64,000 bases of DNA from the NCBI RefSeq assembly GCF_001194135.2, contig NC_068996.1:38580223-38644222 (forward strand). Direction: 5' to 3'. The stretch is from Octopus bimaculoides (Eukaryota). This document shows, one piece after another, positions 24,350 through 38,200 of the stretch (its first letter is position 1; every line of letters starts with the position of its first letter). The position numbers and the translations under genes were made by a program. Under the pieces are notes generated by a model. That model had not been told where the DNA came from. It saw only the letters and a list, made by a program, of their open reading frames with translations, and did not search any database.

Positions 24350-26062
24350 CTTTTTTTTTTCAGTTGTCCACCAAGAACCTTCCTGCCAGCACTTTGTAAA
24401 ATTTTTCTTGATGAACGTGCTCCTGATAATGTTCTTGAAGTCACCGCACGTGCCATTACATACTACTTGGATGTGTCAGCAGAATGCACTCGTCGCATTG
24501 TTGCTGTCGAGGGTGCCATTAAGGCCCTCTGTAACAGATTGGTTGTGGCTGAAATGTCTTCACGTACAAGTAGGGATTTAGCGGAACAATGTATAAAAGT
24601 AAGTAAGCTTTATTTAGTTCTGCTATAAAAATTAAAAAACCGTGAATGATGAATCTACTAAAGCTTTGTTTTATTTATCACTGTTTCTTACAACAGGAAG
24701 TAAATCATAATTATGATATCAGTATCCGGTGGTTGAGATATCGAGACAATTGATTTCAAGACTGTTATTAGTATTACCGTCGTCATACCATAGCAAGCAA
24801 ATTGAGTGAGGTCCTCTACCTTGTTAAAATAATGCTATACGACTAAATCAAAAGTCAATTACTGAATGCATCGATCTAGTTAAAAAAAGGGTGTGAGGGC
24901 TCAGTTTGAGTCATTGAATTTATATTACCTGTAAACGTTTTGAAATAGTGTAGAGAGGCGAAACAACTTTTAAAATTTTGTTAAATTCTTCCCTTTGATG
25001 TACTATTTTATTGATGTCATGGGCTTACATTTTTTTTATAAACAATGTTATTTATAATGATTTGAAGTTTAAGCTTTTGAGTGATTTGAACAACTCGTCA
25101 ATTTCACTACGTTTGATGTCACCGCCGTCTCCTTTTGAAAATAGCTTTGGCATTTATATAAACATAATTTAATTCCAAGTTCAGGAGTCCTGGTTTTTTT
25201 TACAAAAAACATTTCTAGGTATAAAATAGAGCTCTTTCTTGGTACCAATTCTCCCCACAATGTCAATTCAAAGTCCAATCTTCTTTTCATCAACTTTTCA
25301 GAGCTGATTGGATTTATAATTTTCTCATACTAAAGCTATTTGACTGTTTTTCTAATATTCTTTCTTTCCTCAAAAATTGACGCATAAAGTTATTTTGTAT
25401 TACTCAAAGGAAGTTGTATCTATCTTCAAATTTAGAATGTTTAATGGTTGCTGAACAAAGCTTGTGGGGCAAGCATACATTGCATTCCATTCTTCCTCTT
25501 ATTAAAAATGTGTAACTTTCATACAAAGTGAAATAATGTATAGAATGATACAAAGCAATAAAATCTCTGCTTCAAAATATATTTGATTGAAACACCTTTT
25601 GATGATTTGGAAAAGAAGACTACTTGTGCTTTTACATTATAGTTGGAGCCAAAGAATAAGGGTGTTATTGTTTAAAATGCTATTAAAACCTCTAAATTTT
25701 AAAAGGCCAAAAAAAAAAAAAATTCTTGAATTGTGGTTCTTCTTTATGGCAAGAAAATGGAGAGGGTTAAAGAAGCAACAGGCTTTGGAATTAACTTTCT
25801 AATTTAACCTTTAGCATTCAGATTACTCTGCCAAATGTAATGCTTATTTATTCACATTATTTTGAATCAACCATGCATTATCTCATAGCTTTGAGATTTC
25901 AGTGATGTGATTGTTTATTTTTAGAATGACATTGTAGGGTGGGTGTGAGAGGCCGGATTTGGCGTGTTTGAACATAAAATGGAAAGAATATTTTTGGGCT
26001 GGATGAGGCCGGTTTAAATGCTAAAAGGGTAAGGAAGAACATTGCCAAAGGGCTTCCAAAGC

Positions 26063-26099
<37 letters not shown>

Positions 26100-28759
26100 N
26101 NNNNNNNNNNNNNNNNNNNNNNNNNNNNNNNATTTTTTTTTTTTTTTTTTTGTCTGAATAATGAGAATTTACATCCATTTTGCTGCAAGTATTTTAGGAT
26201 CATAGGGGAAACATTTTTCAAATGGCAATTTGATTTTCACTTTCTTTTTAGAATTTTAAAAGCAGCAAGTTGCAGATTGGAAATTCAAGATAACTGTTGC
26301 AATATGGAGAAAGTTGTATTTTTTGAATGTCTGAAACAAATTTATGGCTGAAAGTATTCAGATCAATCTTAGGTTGTCGATTGGTATTTGAACCTGGTTC
26401 TTCATTCAGTTTAATAAATTTTGTGAGAGGGATCAAATATACAATGTTCCTTAAGCATTTAAAGTAGCCATATCCAGCCCAAATACTCTTTTATGGTGAA
26501 ACTGACCTGATCTGGCCTCTCACACCTATTTTACAATGTAATTCTAAAAAGAAACAATCACATCATCAAAATTCCAATACTATGAGATAATGCATGATTA
26601 ATTCAAAACAATTTAAATAAATGATTACATTTGGCAGAATAATGTGAATGCTAAAGGGTTAAAGAAGGACATACTATTTTAAAGCAAAAAAGTGTAAGTT
26701 ATTTGAAAGTTGTGAATTTGCAATGATCTCAGCTTGAATCAAAGTAGCAGCTAGGAAAAGAATGAAAATTTAAGTACCATCTAGTAAATATTTTCATCAT
26801 ATAGGCGCAGGCATGGCTGTATAAGTTTGGTTTTCAACTAAATGGTTCTGGGCTCAATCCCACTGCATGGTACCTGGGCAAGTCTCTTCTACTATAGCCT
26901 TGGGTTGACCAAACCCTTGTGTGTGGATTTGGTAGATAGAAACTGAAATTTGTTTGTCTTTTGGTAGATGGAAACTGAAATGTGTTTGTCTTTTTGTCTG
27001 TTTGACTCCCACTACTACTTGATAACAAGTATGGGTGTGTTTACATCCTTGTAATTTTGCAGCTCAGTAAAGAGACCAGCCAATAAGATAACTACCAGGC
27101 TTAAAATATAAGTACTGGGGTTGATTTGTTCAACTGAAATTCTTGAAGGTGCTGCTCCAGCATGGCCACAGTTTAATGACTCAAACAAATAAAACAAAAA
27201 GATATATGGAGCTGTATTCAGTACAGTATTTCTGATTGACAGCTAACCTGGGCTAAAGATGCACCATATGTTCATGAAGTGTTAAGAGTAATACTCACGA
27301 AGTAAACAGATTTGTTACATGACTTCTGGATATATATAGATAGTTTATCTAACTGGCATAATTAGCACTAAAGATACATTTTGTAATGAATATATAATAG
27401 CTCAGATAAAAATTGGTGGTGGAAGTTGGCTTATCTCAAAAATTTCATTCACCATTTATGAAGCATTCTTCATTACACAATTCATTTCAAACCTCCAACT
27501 GGGAGGTTTAAAATGAGTGTGCCTGTCTGGGCGTGTATTCTAATCTGCATACAAACAAGATGCATAACATTTTAAACTTGTATTCTTTCTGCAAATTTTA
27601 GTATTGAACATATATTTAAAAACATTTGAATTATTTTTACTGTTGTATGTGTGTGATGATCATCATTTAACATCTGCCTTCCATGCTAGCATGGGTGGAA
27701 CGGGACCACAAGAGCCAGTCAGGCTGAAGCCTGCACCAGACTTCAGTGATTGTTTTGGCAGGATTTTTACAGCTGGATGCCCTTCCTAATACCAATCACT
27801 CAGCAGAGTGGACTTAGTGCTTTTTATGTGGCACAAGCACAGGTGAGGTCAGTTTTGGCAAGGTTTTTACAGCCTGATGCCCTTCTGAACACCAACCAAG
27901 TACTTGCAAGGGTCACCAAGTACTTGCAAGACAAAAAAGAAATTTCAAGAGGCGGGGGACATTGGAGGAAGTAATCTTGTGTCAGATGATGAAAGGTTAT
28001 AGTGAGGCAGAAACAGGTGTCTTGCTGTAGAGGAAGTCCAAGGTTACCCAGCTGGAGAGAGATCAGGAATGAAAGCAAAAGGTGCGCTACCACAAAGGAA
28101 ATGCATGGTTACCCAACCTGAGGGAAGTGCAGGAGATGGAGAGAGAGAAAGAGTGGGAGACAGCAGGATAGAGATATGGCAAAATGCTGGTCTTACAAGG
28201 GACGGGAATCAAAATATGAGATGGTTGAGTAAAGGAAAAGATAGATATAGATGGTGGCAAGTACCAGGGCATACCTTTGAGGTTCAAACACCATAATATA
28301 AGTGGCAGGATATTGCAAAGGAAGTGTGATTAAAGAGTGGGAAGGGAGGGAACGAAGAAAACCCTGGGTATATATAGTCAGTTGGGTTACTGGATAGCAA
28401 TGATACAAAGGAAACAGGGCCCGGAGGACAAGATTGGAGAGTGAGAGCTTGGCATAGTGTATGAAGTTGGAAATATGAGGAAGAGATGTAAATTTGTTTG
28501 GTGAGTGAAAAGTTTTCTTGTGTGTGGGTGGAACACACAGGTCAGAGGCTAGCGGAGAGCAACGGTACAGTGCCACAGGACCCAAAGGACAGGCTTGGGG
28601 AGTGGGAGGTAAGCATAGTGCATAAAGCAGAAATGTGAGGAAGAGAAGAGATGTAGAGACATAGTTCAGTTTGTTGTGGTGGAGTGTGTGAGAAGTTTTC
28701 TTGTTAAGTGTGGGTGGGATACACAGCACTTCTTGAACTCAGTTTCATTGAGGTGAGGT

Positions 28760-28802
<43 letters not shown>

Positions 28803-29180
28803 AGGCAGGTACAAAATATCTGCTAATTGTAAATGTACATATGGCACAAAGGAAAACTTATGAAGAGGGTTTAAACATGAGAACTCAGAAACTTGGTGAG
28901 ATTCTCTATATCAGGCTTGGGGAAATATAAAAATCATGTAATGTTTTTGAACTTCCATTTTACTTCTTACATATTGTATGTTAGGATATATATATATATT
29001 GTTTCAGTCATTTGACTGTGGCCATGCTGGAGCACCACTTTTAGTTGAACAAATCAATCACAGTACTTATTCTTTGTAAGCCTAGTACTTATTGTATCAG
29101 TCTCTTTTGATGAACTGCTATGGGGATGTAATTACACAATCAGTTGTCAAGTGATGGTGGGGGGGGGGACAAACAGACAC

Positions 29181-29243
<63 letters not shown>

Positions 29244-32200
29244 CACAATGAGTTTCTTTCACTTTCCGTCTACCAAATCCACTTGCAAGGCTTTGGTCAA
29301 TCTGACGCTATAGCAAAAGACACTTGCCCAAGGTGCCATGCAGTGGGACTGAGCCCAGGACCATGTGGTTGGGAAGCAAGCTTCTTAGTACACAATAATA
29401 ATATTGAACTTATGTACAGTTCTCGGGTGCGCTACAACTCATCAGTAAAAGTAACCAAAAGTGCATGAACAGTGAATGAGCTGTTTAAAAAAAAAATGGC
29501 AGGAAGAATCAGGTGTACTGTTGGTGAATTTTAGGATGTATAGAAGTTTTGAAGGCTGTAGTGTATTGACAGCTAACAACTGATATGGGTAGTTTATTCC
29601 TTGCTTCAGCAATTCTGAGTATGAAAAAATGTTTCTGAAAGTGATGGGTGCTGTGTTGTTTTTTGATTTTGTATGCATGCCCACAAGTGTTAAGACATGG
29701 AATTCAGAAAAAAAAGTTTAGTATTTATTGGAGAGTGCATTAAACCATCTTGTGATTATAATGGTTCTGAATAGTTGAGAATATACAATGGTTACTACCA
29801 ATGTGGTGTGACTGCTTTCAATCTTTTTAACACTCTTTTACAATAGGGTTTTTCTTACTGTTTCTTACTCCATTATGATACTGTAAATTTTTCTCTCCTG
29901 AACTGTATGCCTTTGAAAGCCTTTGTTCACTTTCCCATCCACTTTGAAAACTGGAAATTTTAAGTCCTCATTCAACTTTGTTCTCCCTGTGAGTGTTTGA
30001 AGCTTGTGGATATTATTTTTTTGTCTTCTTGAATTCTAATAAAGTAGCTTATGATATTGTTGGCTGTTGTTAAAACAAACACCCTCTTCTACAGAGAACA
30101 TCCTTTGTTCGTATTTTGGCAGGAAACAAAAGTGGTATATACACACTGCATTTTAAAAGCATTCAGATTGAATTATAAAATGTTATTTAAGATTACTCTA
30201 AGATTATTTGCTCCAGTTGCAAATACGGGTGTGACTTTGTGATAATAAGTTTGCTTCCCAACCATGTAGTTTTGGATTCAGTTCCCTGCATGGCATCTTG
30301 AACAAGTCTCTTCTACTGTAGTCCTAAGATGAAAGCTTTGTGTGTGGATTTGATAGATGGAAATTTAAAAAGGCCCATTTAGTGTGTGCGTCACACTCTG
30401 TGAAGTGGTTGGCATTTGGAAGAGCACCCAGCTATGAAAACCATGTCAAAACTGACCTTGCCTGTGCTTGTACCGTGTAAAAAGCACTTGGCCCACTCTG
30501 CAGACTTCTACCTGGCCAGCTCCTGTCAAACTGCTCAACCTATGCCACCATGGGAGGAGGATGTTAAATGATGATCATGATGTGTGTGTGTGTGTGCACC
30601 TTTATGTTTGTCCCCACCACTACTTGTCAAACTGATTTGTTTATATTCCTGTAATTTAGTAATTTGGCAAAAGAGATTGATAAAATAAATACTAGGCTTA
30701 AAAAACATGTACTGGGGTCAATTAAAAAAAGCAAGTATTGGGGTTGATTCACTCAACTAAAATCCTTCAAGACGACATCCCAGCATGGGCACAGTCCAAT
30801 GACCGAAACATGTAAAAGATCTTGTTAATAAGATGATTTACTGACTTACAATTAGCAGATATAATTATCACACAGCAGAGCTGAGACAAAAGACTTGTAG
30901 ATTAGCATCGTAATGATGGGTTTACATTCACAGCTGGTACCACAAAAGTGCGTTAGCGAGACACTGTACAAAAAGTCTGAACTAAATATTCCATAGTCAA
31001 TGCAAACTAAGTTCACAAAAGGTGAATTTGAACTTGTTGGTAGACATACTGGATATTTTACATTATAATATAATAAGTGTGAATGTCAGTGTGTCACACT
31101 TTTTCAACTTTACTACTAGAGGCCGTAGTCCAACTTATACCATTTTGCAATCGGGCTGACTTCATGAGTAAATTAGACATTCCTGACCAAATCTGGACCC
31201 ACACTCCTGAAATTTTGGATTCCTAAGTTTTCATTGCAACGATTGTTTTTGGCGTTTTTTTTTTTTTTTTTGTTACGTAATTTTTTTGTACGATAACATT
31301 TTTTATAACTGGAAATAATCAGAATTAATTGCGAAATCCAGCAATTATTTTCAGCAGATTTTTGGCATATTTTGCAATGAATATGACAATCATTGGAATA
31401 TGACTCTGGAGGAAGCAATTGCAACAAAACAAGTCAGAGATCTGTTTGCAGATCCTCCTATTCAGGGTCAGTAGCTTAAAAGCTATATACTAGAGTTGCT
31501 AATAATAGTATTTTGACTCTTAGATGGTTTGCAGGAATTGGTTGCAAAGTTGTGATGCTTTGTTGCAGTTACAGAAAGGAGGAAATTTCTGAATATGCAA
31601 TTTTGGGGAAAACCAATGTCTCTTTTTGCTCTGAGCAAAGAGCTGACTGTAGGAGAGATGTATTTATCTCTACACATCATTTCAAGAGTTTTGTGTATTA
31701 AATTTTATTGAATGTCTTTTCATTGAAATCACTTTCTATCAATACAAATTCTTACAGAAACGACTTTTTATCAAGATTTAGAGTAATTTCCAAAATCTAT
31801 TTTGCAGAACAGTTTTTATCTATTAATTTTAAATACAGAATCATTTATAAAATAAGTGCTGTAGAATGCATGTATTTTTAAAATTTTATAAAATAAGTCA
31901 GCTTAAGTTTTCTTATGGGAAATGCTATTTATATTTTATTTTAGAATAATTTTATTAAAAATGTTCACGTTACACTATAACTATCATATTAGTCCTTTCA
32001 AGAGAGAATTTAAAACTTACAAATCTATGTATTCTTAGCTGCTTAGAAAAGTATGTTTTAAGGCTAGTTTTCTGTTATCATTTTTTTTTTTTTTTTTGTC
32101 ATATTTTCTGCCTGTTTACATTACTCAAAATATTAGATAATGTAGGAGAAATATGGAGATAGGCTAAAATTACATTAGACTTATGCGTATGTATGCTTAC

Positions 32201-35200
32201 ATCATTATTGTTTTAATGTTGGCTTGGGTTAAAGCCTCAAGCAAGCAGAAACATTGGCACGCCGGACAAAATGTTTAGAGGCATTTTGTGTCTTTATATT
32301 CTGAGTTCAAATTCCGCTGAGGCCAACTATGCCTTTCATCCTTTTAGGGTCGATAAATTAAATACTAGTTACATACTGGGGTCAATGTAATCAACTCTCC
32401 CAAAAAATTTCGGGCTTTGTGCCTTGATTAGAAAAAAATGCTGGCTTGGGTCAAATGAGATTGAAACAGGTTTCATCATCAGTTCTCACTGGTTTCCAAG
32501 TAAGGTAATATTTCCCCTTGGCAGGGCATGTATTCATGGAAGATTGGAAACAAATGGCTCTATGATAGTGACGCTTGCTTATGATTTGACTAATGCAATG
32601 TAAAGACAAATCATACATACATGGTGATTGCTCCATCTTCACAGATGATTGCCTTCTCCTTGTGCTTCTTTGTTGTCAGTGGTATTTATGACTTTGTCCA
32701 TGGCCTCTCAGATGACTATTTGGTCTTGCTACAGATCTGCATGGCCTGATGCTTAGGTGACAAATGAAAGTCCTAACTTACGCTCTTCCAACCAGTTAGG
32801 ACTGCACATTTTGCCACTCTTCCATCACTATAGGACCGTCAGCAGATTAAATCAAAAATGAAGTCACCATAAAGAGACACTTCTTTCTAATTGGATTATA
32901 GTGATAAATGCTTGTACAACATGAATACTGGTCACTGAAACTCCATGATTAGTACCTAATGACAGGCCAAAGTGAGATGGCCAGTAATCAGTTTAGGTCT
33001 ACAAAATCAACTCAGAAAGCTTTGGTTGGCCTAGTGATATAAGAGAAAACACTTGCCTAAGGTGCTGCTCAGTGGCATTAAACCTAAAACAATGTGGTTG
33101 GGAGAAGTGAACTTTCTAACCACAGCTATACCTGCTTATTGCTCCAATAATCCAGGCAGTATATGAAAATTGCTTAACCATTGATGTAACTTATAAAAAG
33201 AAGTAAATGAAAAATTCTCTTTTAATTTATCGCCTGTATCTCTTGTTTTTCTTAGTTCATTTTATATTCTTTAATCCATCTTGACAAAATGGACTAAGCA
33301 ATTCAAAGAGACACAGCATTAACAAATGTGTAAAGTGTTATTTTGAGAGCCTTTTAATAAGTAATTAAAACAGTTTGTATCTGTTCAACTTTAAAAATAT
33401 TAAAGTATATCTGAATTTTTTGTCAGATATTGATAAATGCTTTTCCAATAAGTGGGTCTGGTTTATTAGCAAATGGGTGTCAGATCACTTGATTGCTGGG
33501 CTTATTCCACTGTAACTCCTACATTTTCAAGTGAATATCACTAGAAATACTTATTTTTTTATTTCTAAATAGTCAACCTGTATTCTCTGCTTGCTTCAAT
33601 GTCAGTATTTTTCAACTTTGAATGGTGATCTTCCTTTTATTTACTAAAATATAGTTTCAATTTAGCTTGACTTTATGTGAACACAAGGCATTGTCAGTAA
33701 TATCACTTTGAAAATCACTGGCCTTGGGTAGTACAAGAAATATTGGAAAAATACATAGCAAAATTTTAAATCGAATGAAGAAAATAAGCAACAGAATATT
33801 TTAATCAGTTTTCTGATTGTTTTTAAAAAAGTTTTTTTATAAACTTGACTGTTGTTACAGTAAAGGAAATTATACAGTCTACAGCTTACTGATTTTGATC
33901 TTAATGGTGTACACTTAAGACTAAGTAAAGATTAATTTGGGAAGCCACCAGGTATTTGTTCAGGTGTGGCTATGTGGTAAGAAATTTGCTTCCCAACCAC
34001 ATGGTTCCAGGCTCAGTCCCATTGCATGACATCTTCGGCAAGTGTCTTCTACTAAAGCCTTGTAAGTTAGTTTGATAGGCAGAAACTGAAAGAAGACTGT
34101 CATACATACATATATATGTATGTATGTATATAGATAACTTAGCAGTTCAGTAAAGGAGACCAAGAGAATAAGTTGCAGGTTTAAAAAAAAAACAAATCCT
34201 GTGGTCAATTTGTCTGACTTAAATAGAAGGTGGTGCCCATTCATGGTCATAATCTAATGACTGAAACCAGTAAAAGATAAGAGAGATTAAATTAATATGG
34301 TTATAACCCGTATGAAGAAATGTTTTTCTTTGTGTATGTGGGTAGGCTGTAGTCATTTCAGATATAGGCTAGTTTCACAGATGTTATAGTTATACTTTTT
34401 TGAAGACTCACTACCCACATTTGCATCAAAAAAGTAATAAACTTTTGTATAATTTTAAACTCTCCATCATAGTCTTTTGGTATTGTAGAGTGGCTACTAT
34501 AATGAAAACAATAGTTTGAGTTAAGGACTTTTTTTTGTTTTTATCTTTTCGAAATTACTTTGTATTTATTTTTCCATGTAATCATTCCATAAGACAAGTA
34601 TTTGATTGAAAGAAATGTTTACTCTCCTGTAAACAGATTTTATTCAGTTCACACTGTACAATATTGGTGTTAGGAAAGGCATCCAACCATAGAAATAATT
34701 CTGAAGTAGACGCTGGAGCTCACCATAGCCCTCCAGCTTAATGTATACCCTGCCAAACTGTCCAATGTGTGCCAACATGGAAAACAGACTTTGAATGATG
34801 TTATAACATGAAAAATTGGTGTTTTGTGTGTGTGTGTGTGTATATATATATCATCATCATCATCATCGTTTAACATCATATATAGGTTAAAAAAAAGACA
34901 AAAAACAACGTGATACGGATAGTGTTATTAGACACTCGGGAAAGGAAAAAGAGAGAGTATGACGTTTCGGGCAGAGCCCTTCGTCAGAAACAAGGAAAGT
35001 TCAAAGAAGGGAAAAACGGAGAAAGAAAAAATCAACACCGATGTCCTCGAGGTTACATTGTGGAATATATATATATATTGTGTGTTATTTTAATAAACTG
35101 TCACTCTTTCTATTTTCTAATTACTTGTATACTTTGTATTCCTTCTACAGGTGTTGGAATTAATTTGTACTAGGGAATCTGGCTCAGTGTTCGATTCTGG

Positions 35201-38200
35201 TGGCTTAAATTGTGTTCTTACTTTCATTCGTGAACATGGATCTCAGGTACACAAAGACACTCTACATTCAGCAATGTCTGTTGTATCTAGGTTGTGTGGG
35301 AAGATGGAACCCACTCAAGATACAGCACTAGAAGGATGTGTAGAGTCTTTGTCCACATTACTTAAACATGAAGACCCATTTGTAAGTATATGTTGACTCT
35401 GTTTTACTTTAATGTTTGTCTGATAATCTTTGTGAGTACCATAGCATAGAAATATTCCTATGCATTTGGTTTAAGCTTAATATTTACAATGAAATGCATC
35501 TTTTCTATATTACTATGGGGAACTAGATTGGTTAACAAACTAAACACATTCTCCTTATAAACTTTACAGAGAAGTGGTAGTTAAGTTTTTGTTTTGTTAA
35601 GTGCTAAATTGGAGTATGTATTTTATTATCAATGGGATTTTGTTATTGTGTATTAATAAAAAAAAAATTGAAATCAGGAAGATACTAAACATCTGGTCAT
35701 TTTGGATCACCACTATTTTCAACTATATGAGGGGATGTTGAAAAGTTCCTGGCTTTAGATAAAAGAAAATACAGATCAGTTAATTATGATTTTATTCAAC
35801 ATATTTCCCTCTCAGATTCAAACACTTGCAGCAGTTCTTCAGTTTTTCTAAGCCCTGTAAAAGAACTCGGAAGTTTGGGCCTCCATCCAGGCCTTTTGTG
35901 ATACTCTAAAAGCTAGAAAATTTTTTGCACCCCCTCATACATGTAATTATAAAAATACCTGTGTCCTTTGCAGAGCCACCATGACTTGTAAAACAGATGC
36001 AGTTAATGTTCATCTTGCACAATAGTTAGTTGACAGCTGCTAGAAAAAACAGGCAGGAAAACCAGACAGGTTACTTTCTGGAAAGAACTGAGTGAATGTG
36101 GTTAATTTAAGGAAGCTAATAGAGAAGTACAATATGGATGGTGAAAAAGAGGTGGCACAGGACTAGCTAGCTCTGTGGAGCAGAGGCTATTATAAAAGCA
36201 GTAGAAAAAGTAGTGAATGCAATGCTAAAGTCAGAGATTGTACTGTGTTGGCAAGTGATTCCTTGCCAGTTAGTTGCAGGAAGTTTGTGAAAGTGTTAGT
36301 AATGTTACTTATCTGTAATATCAGTAGACGAATGTGTTGTAATATTTACTAAGATAATTTGCCTGTACTCAACTGTAAAATATTTTCTACCCCAGATTAA
36401 AAACAGATTTTCATAACCTTGGTTTTTTCTCAACTTGTTCACACCTCCAAAAAGTAATCCAGCCAACAAAATTTTTATAGATAAAACATTTGTGTAACTT
36501 TGTGAGCTATTTTGCATAATTCTTCTCCAGTCAGTACTTAAATGTGGTGCTTCTGTTGACCAGTAATCATTTTACTCATCTGTTGGTGAAATAATGTACA
36601 ATTATTAGCCTAATAATGTTTCAGATATTATATTTCATCTTCATTTGATGTCTAAAAAGATTGGATGCATCTTAATTTTGTATATTAACATGCAAAATAT
36701 CTGATCAAGTAATATAATTAAATGTCTTTTCTAAAGCTAACTCCACCATTCTTACATAATTTTCATTGTTTTGTCATTGCCTGATTGGATAACCTTGTAA
36801 TCAAAGGCATTGGAGCTAAGCTCGGCATGTCTTTTCCCTATGTGCAGAGTACCTACTAATACATCCATTGTATTTTTTTCAAATATGGTGAGTCTGGTTA
36901 AGGTTTAGTTTCTATTTCTGACAGGTTGAACAATCATATAGGAACTTACTTAGTTCAAAACTGCTAGGTCAACCAGTACTTTTATTAAATGATTATATAA
37001 TGCAATTTGAGTCCCAGAGTATTTCTAATCTTTTTCCTCGTTATGCTGTAATAATTAGGGGATTTGGTAATTGATTCAGCTCCCTTAATTCTAGGGGCTC
37101 CAGATACAACATTCCTCATCAAAAAAGGATCTGACTATTATCTTCAACTACAGTTGGAGGTACGGGAATGATAAAATACAGAGGGATACTATAGAATGTG
37201 GGTCTTTCATTTCTGAATCTCAGTGTCTGTTACATACCTTAATCATCAAGATAGACACTATACATTGTGGTCACTAATAATATTCACATAGATAATTTTA
37301 CTGAATGCAGTTTTTTTCTTTTTTCCAGGTGTCTGATGGTGCCCTTCGATGTTTTGCATCCCTTGCAGATAGATTCACACGAAGAGGGGTTGATCCTGCT
37401 CCTCTAGCTCAACATGGATTAGTTGATGAGCTTTTAAATCGTCTGCAGGCTGCTGGTGAAGCTGTTCATGGAACATCAGCTGTTGGCCCTAGCACATCCG
37501 CTGGAGCAACTGCTCTTGTACCTGTTGATTCTAAATCCAGTGCAAGTGTTTCCACTGTCATTAGTTTATTGTCAACACTATGTCGAGGGAGTCCTTGTAT
37601 TACCCATGATTTGTTAAGGTCTCATCTTTTAGAGGCAATTGAAAGTGGTCTTAAAGGCGATGAAAGGTTAGTTATGTTTTATTTTCTACATTTTAAGCAA
37701 CCTTTTTTTAAAATAAAGTTTCAATAAGATTCACTTTATACAAAATTTTGATAATGCAGAGAAAGGATGCTTGACCATTTTAGCATTCAAATTATTCTGT
37801 CAAGGGTTATGCTTTTCATTCGCATTGTTTTTAATTAAATCATACATTATATTGTAGCTTGGAGATTTCAATAATGTGATTGTATATTTCCAGAATGATA
37901 TTATAGGGTAGGTGTGAGAAACCAGAGCTGGTCAGCTTGAACATTAAACAATATTTGGGCCGGATACAGCCAGTTTAAATACTAAAGGATTAAATAGCAT
38001 ACTCTCCGATGCATGATTATCATACTCGTTACACAAAACTAAGTTAACGAGCAATAACAATTTAAGGGTTGAACTTGATTTTATGATTGAAATTCATTTT
38101 GTTATAATCATTATAGAATATTTGAGTGAAATTATATCAAATTGACCATTTTGAAACAAGATTTGTATAACAGCATAGGCAACATGTGTGACTGTTAAGT

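Noticed and set aside
27476-27521. Hairpin with a 14-bp core stem in intron 2
   Set aside because: Too short for a pre-miRNA and plausible by chance or as MITE debris
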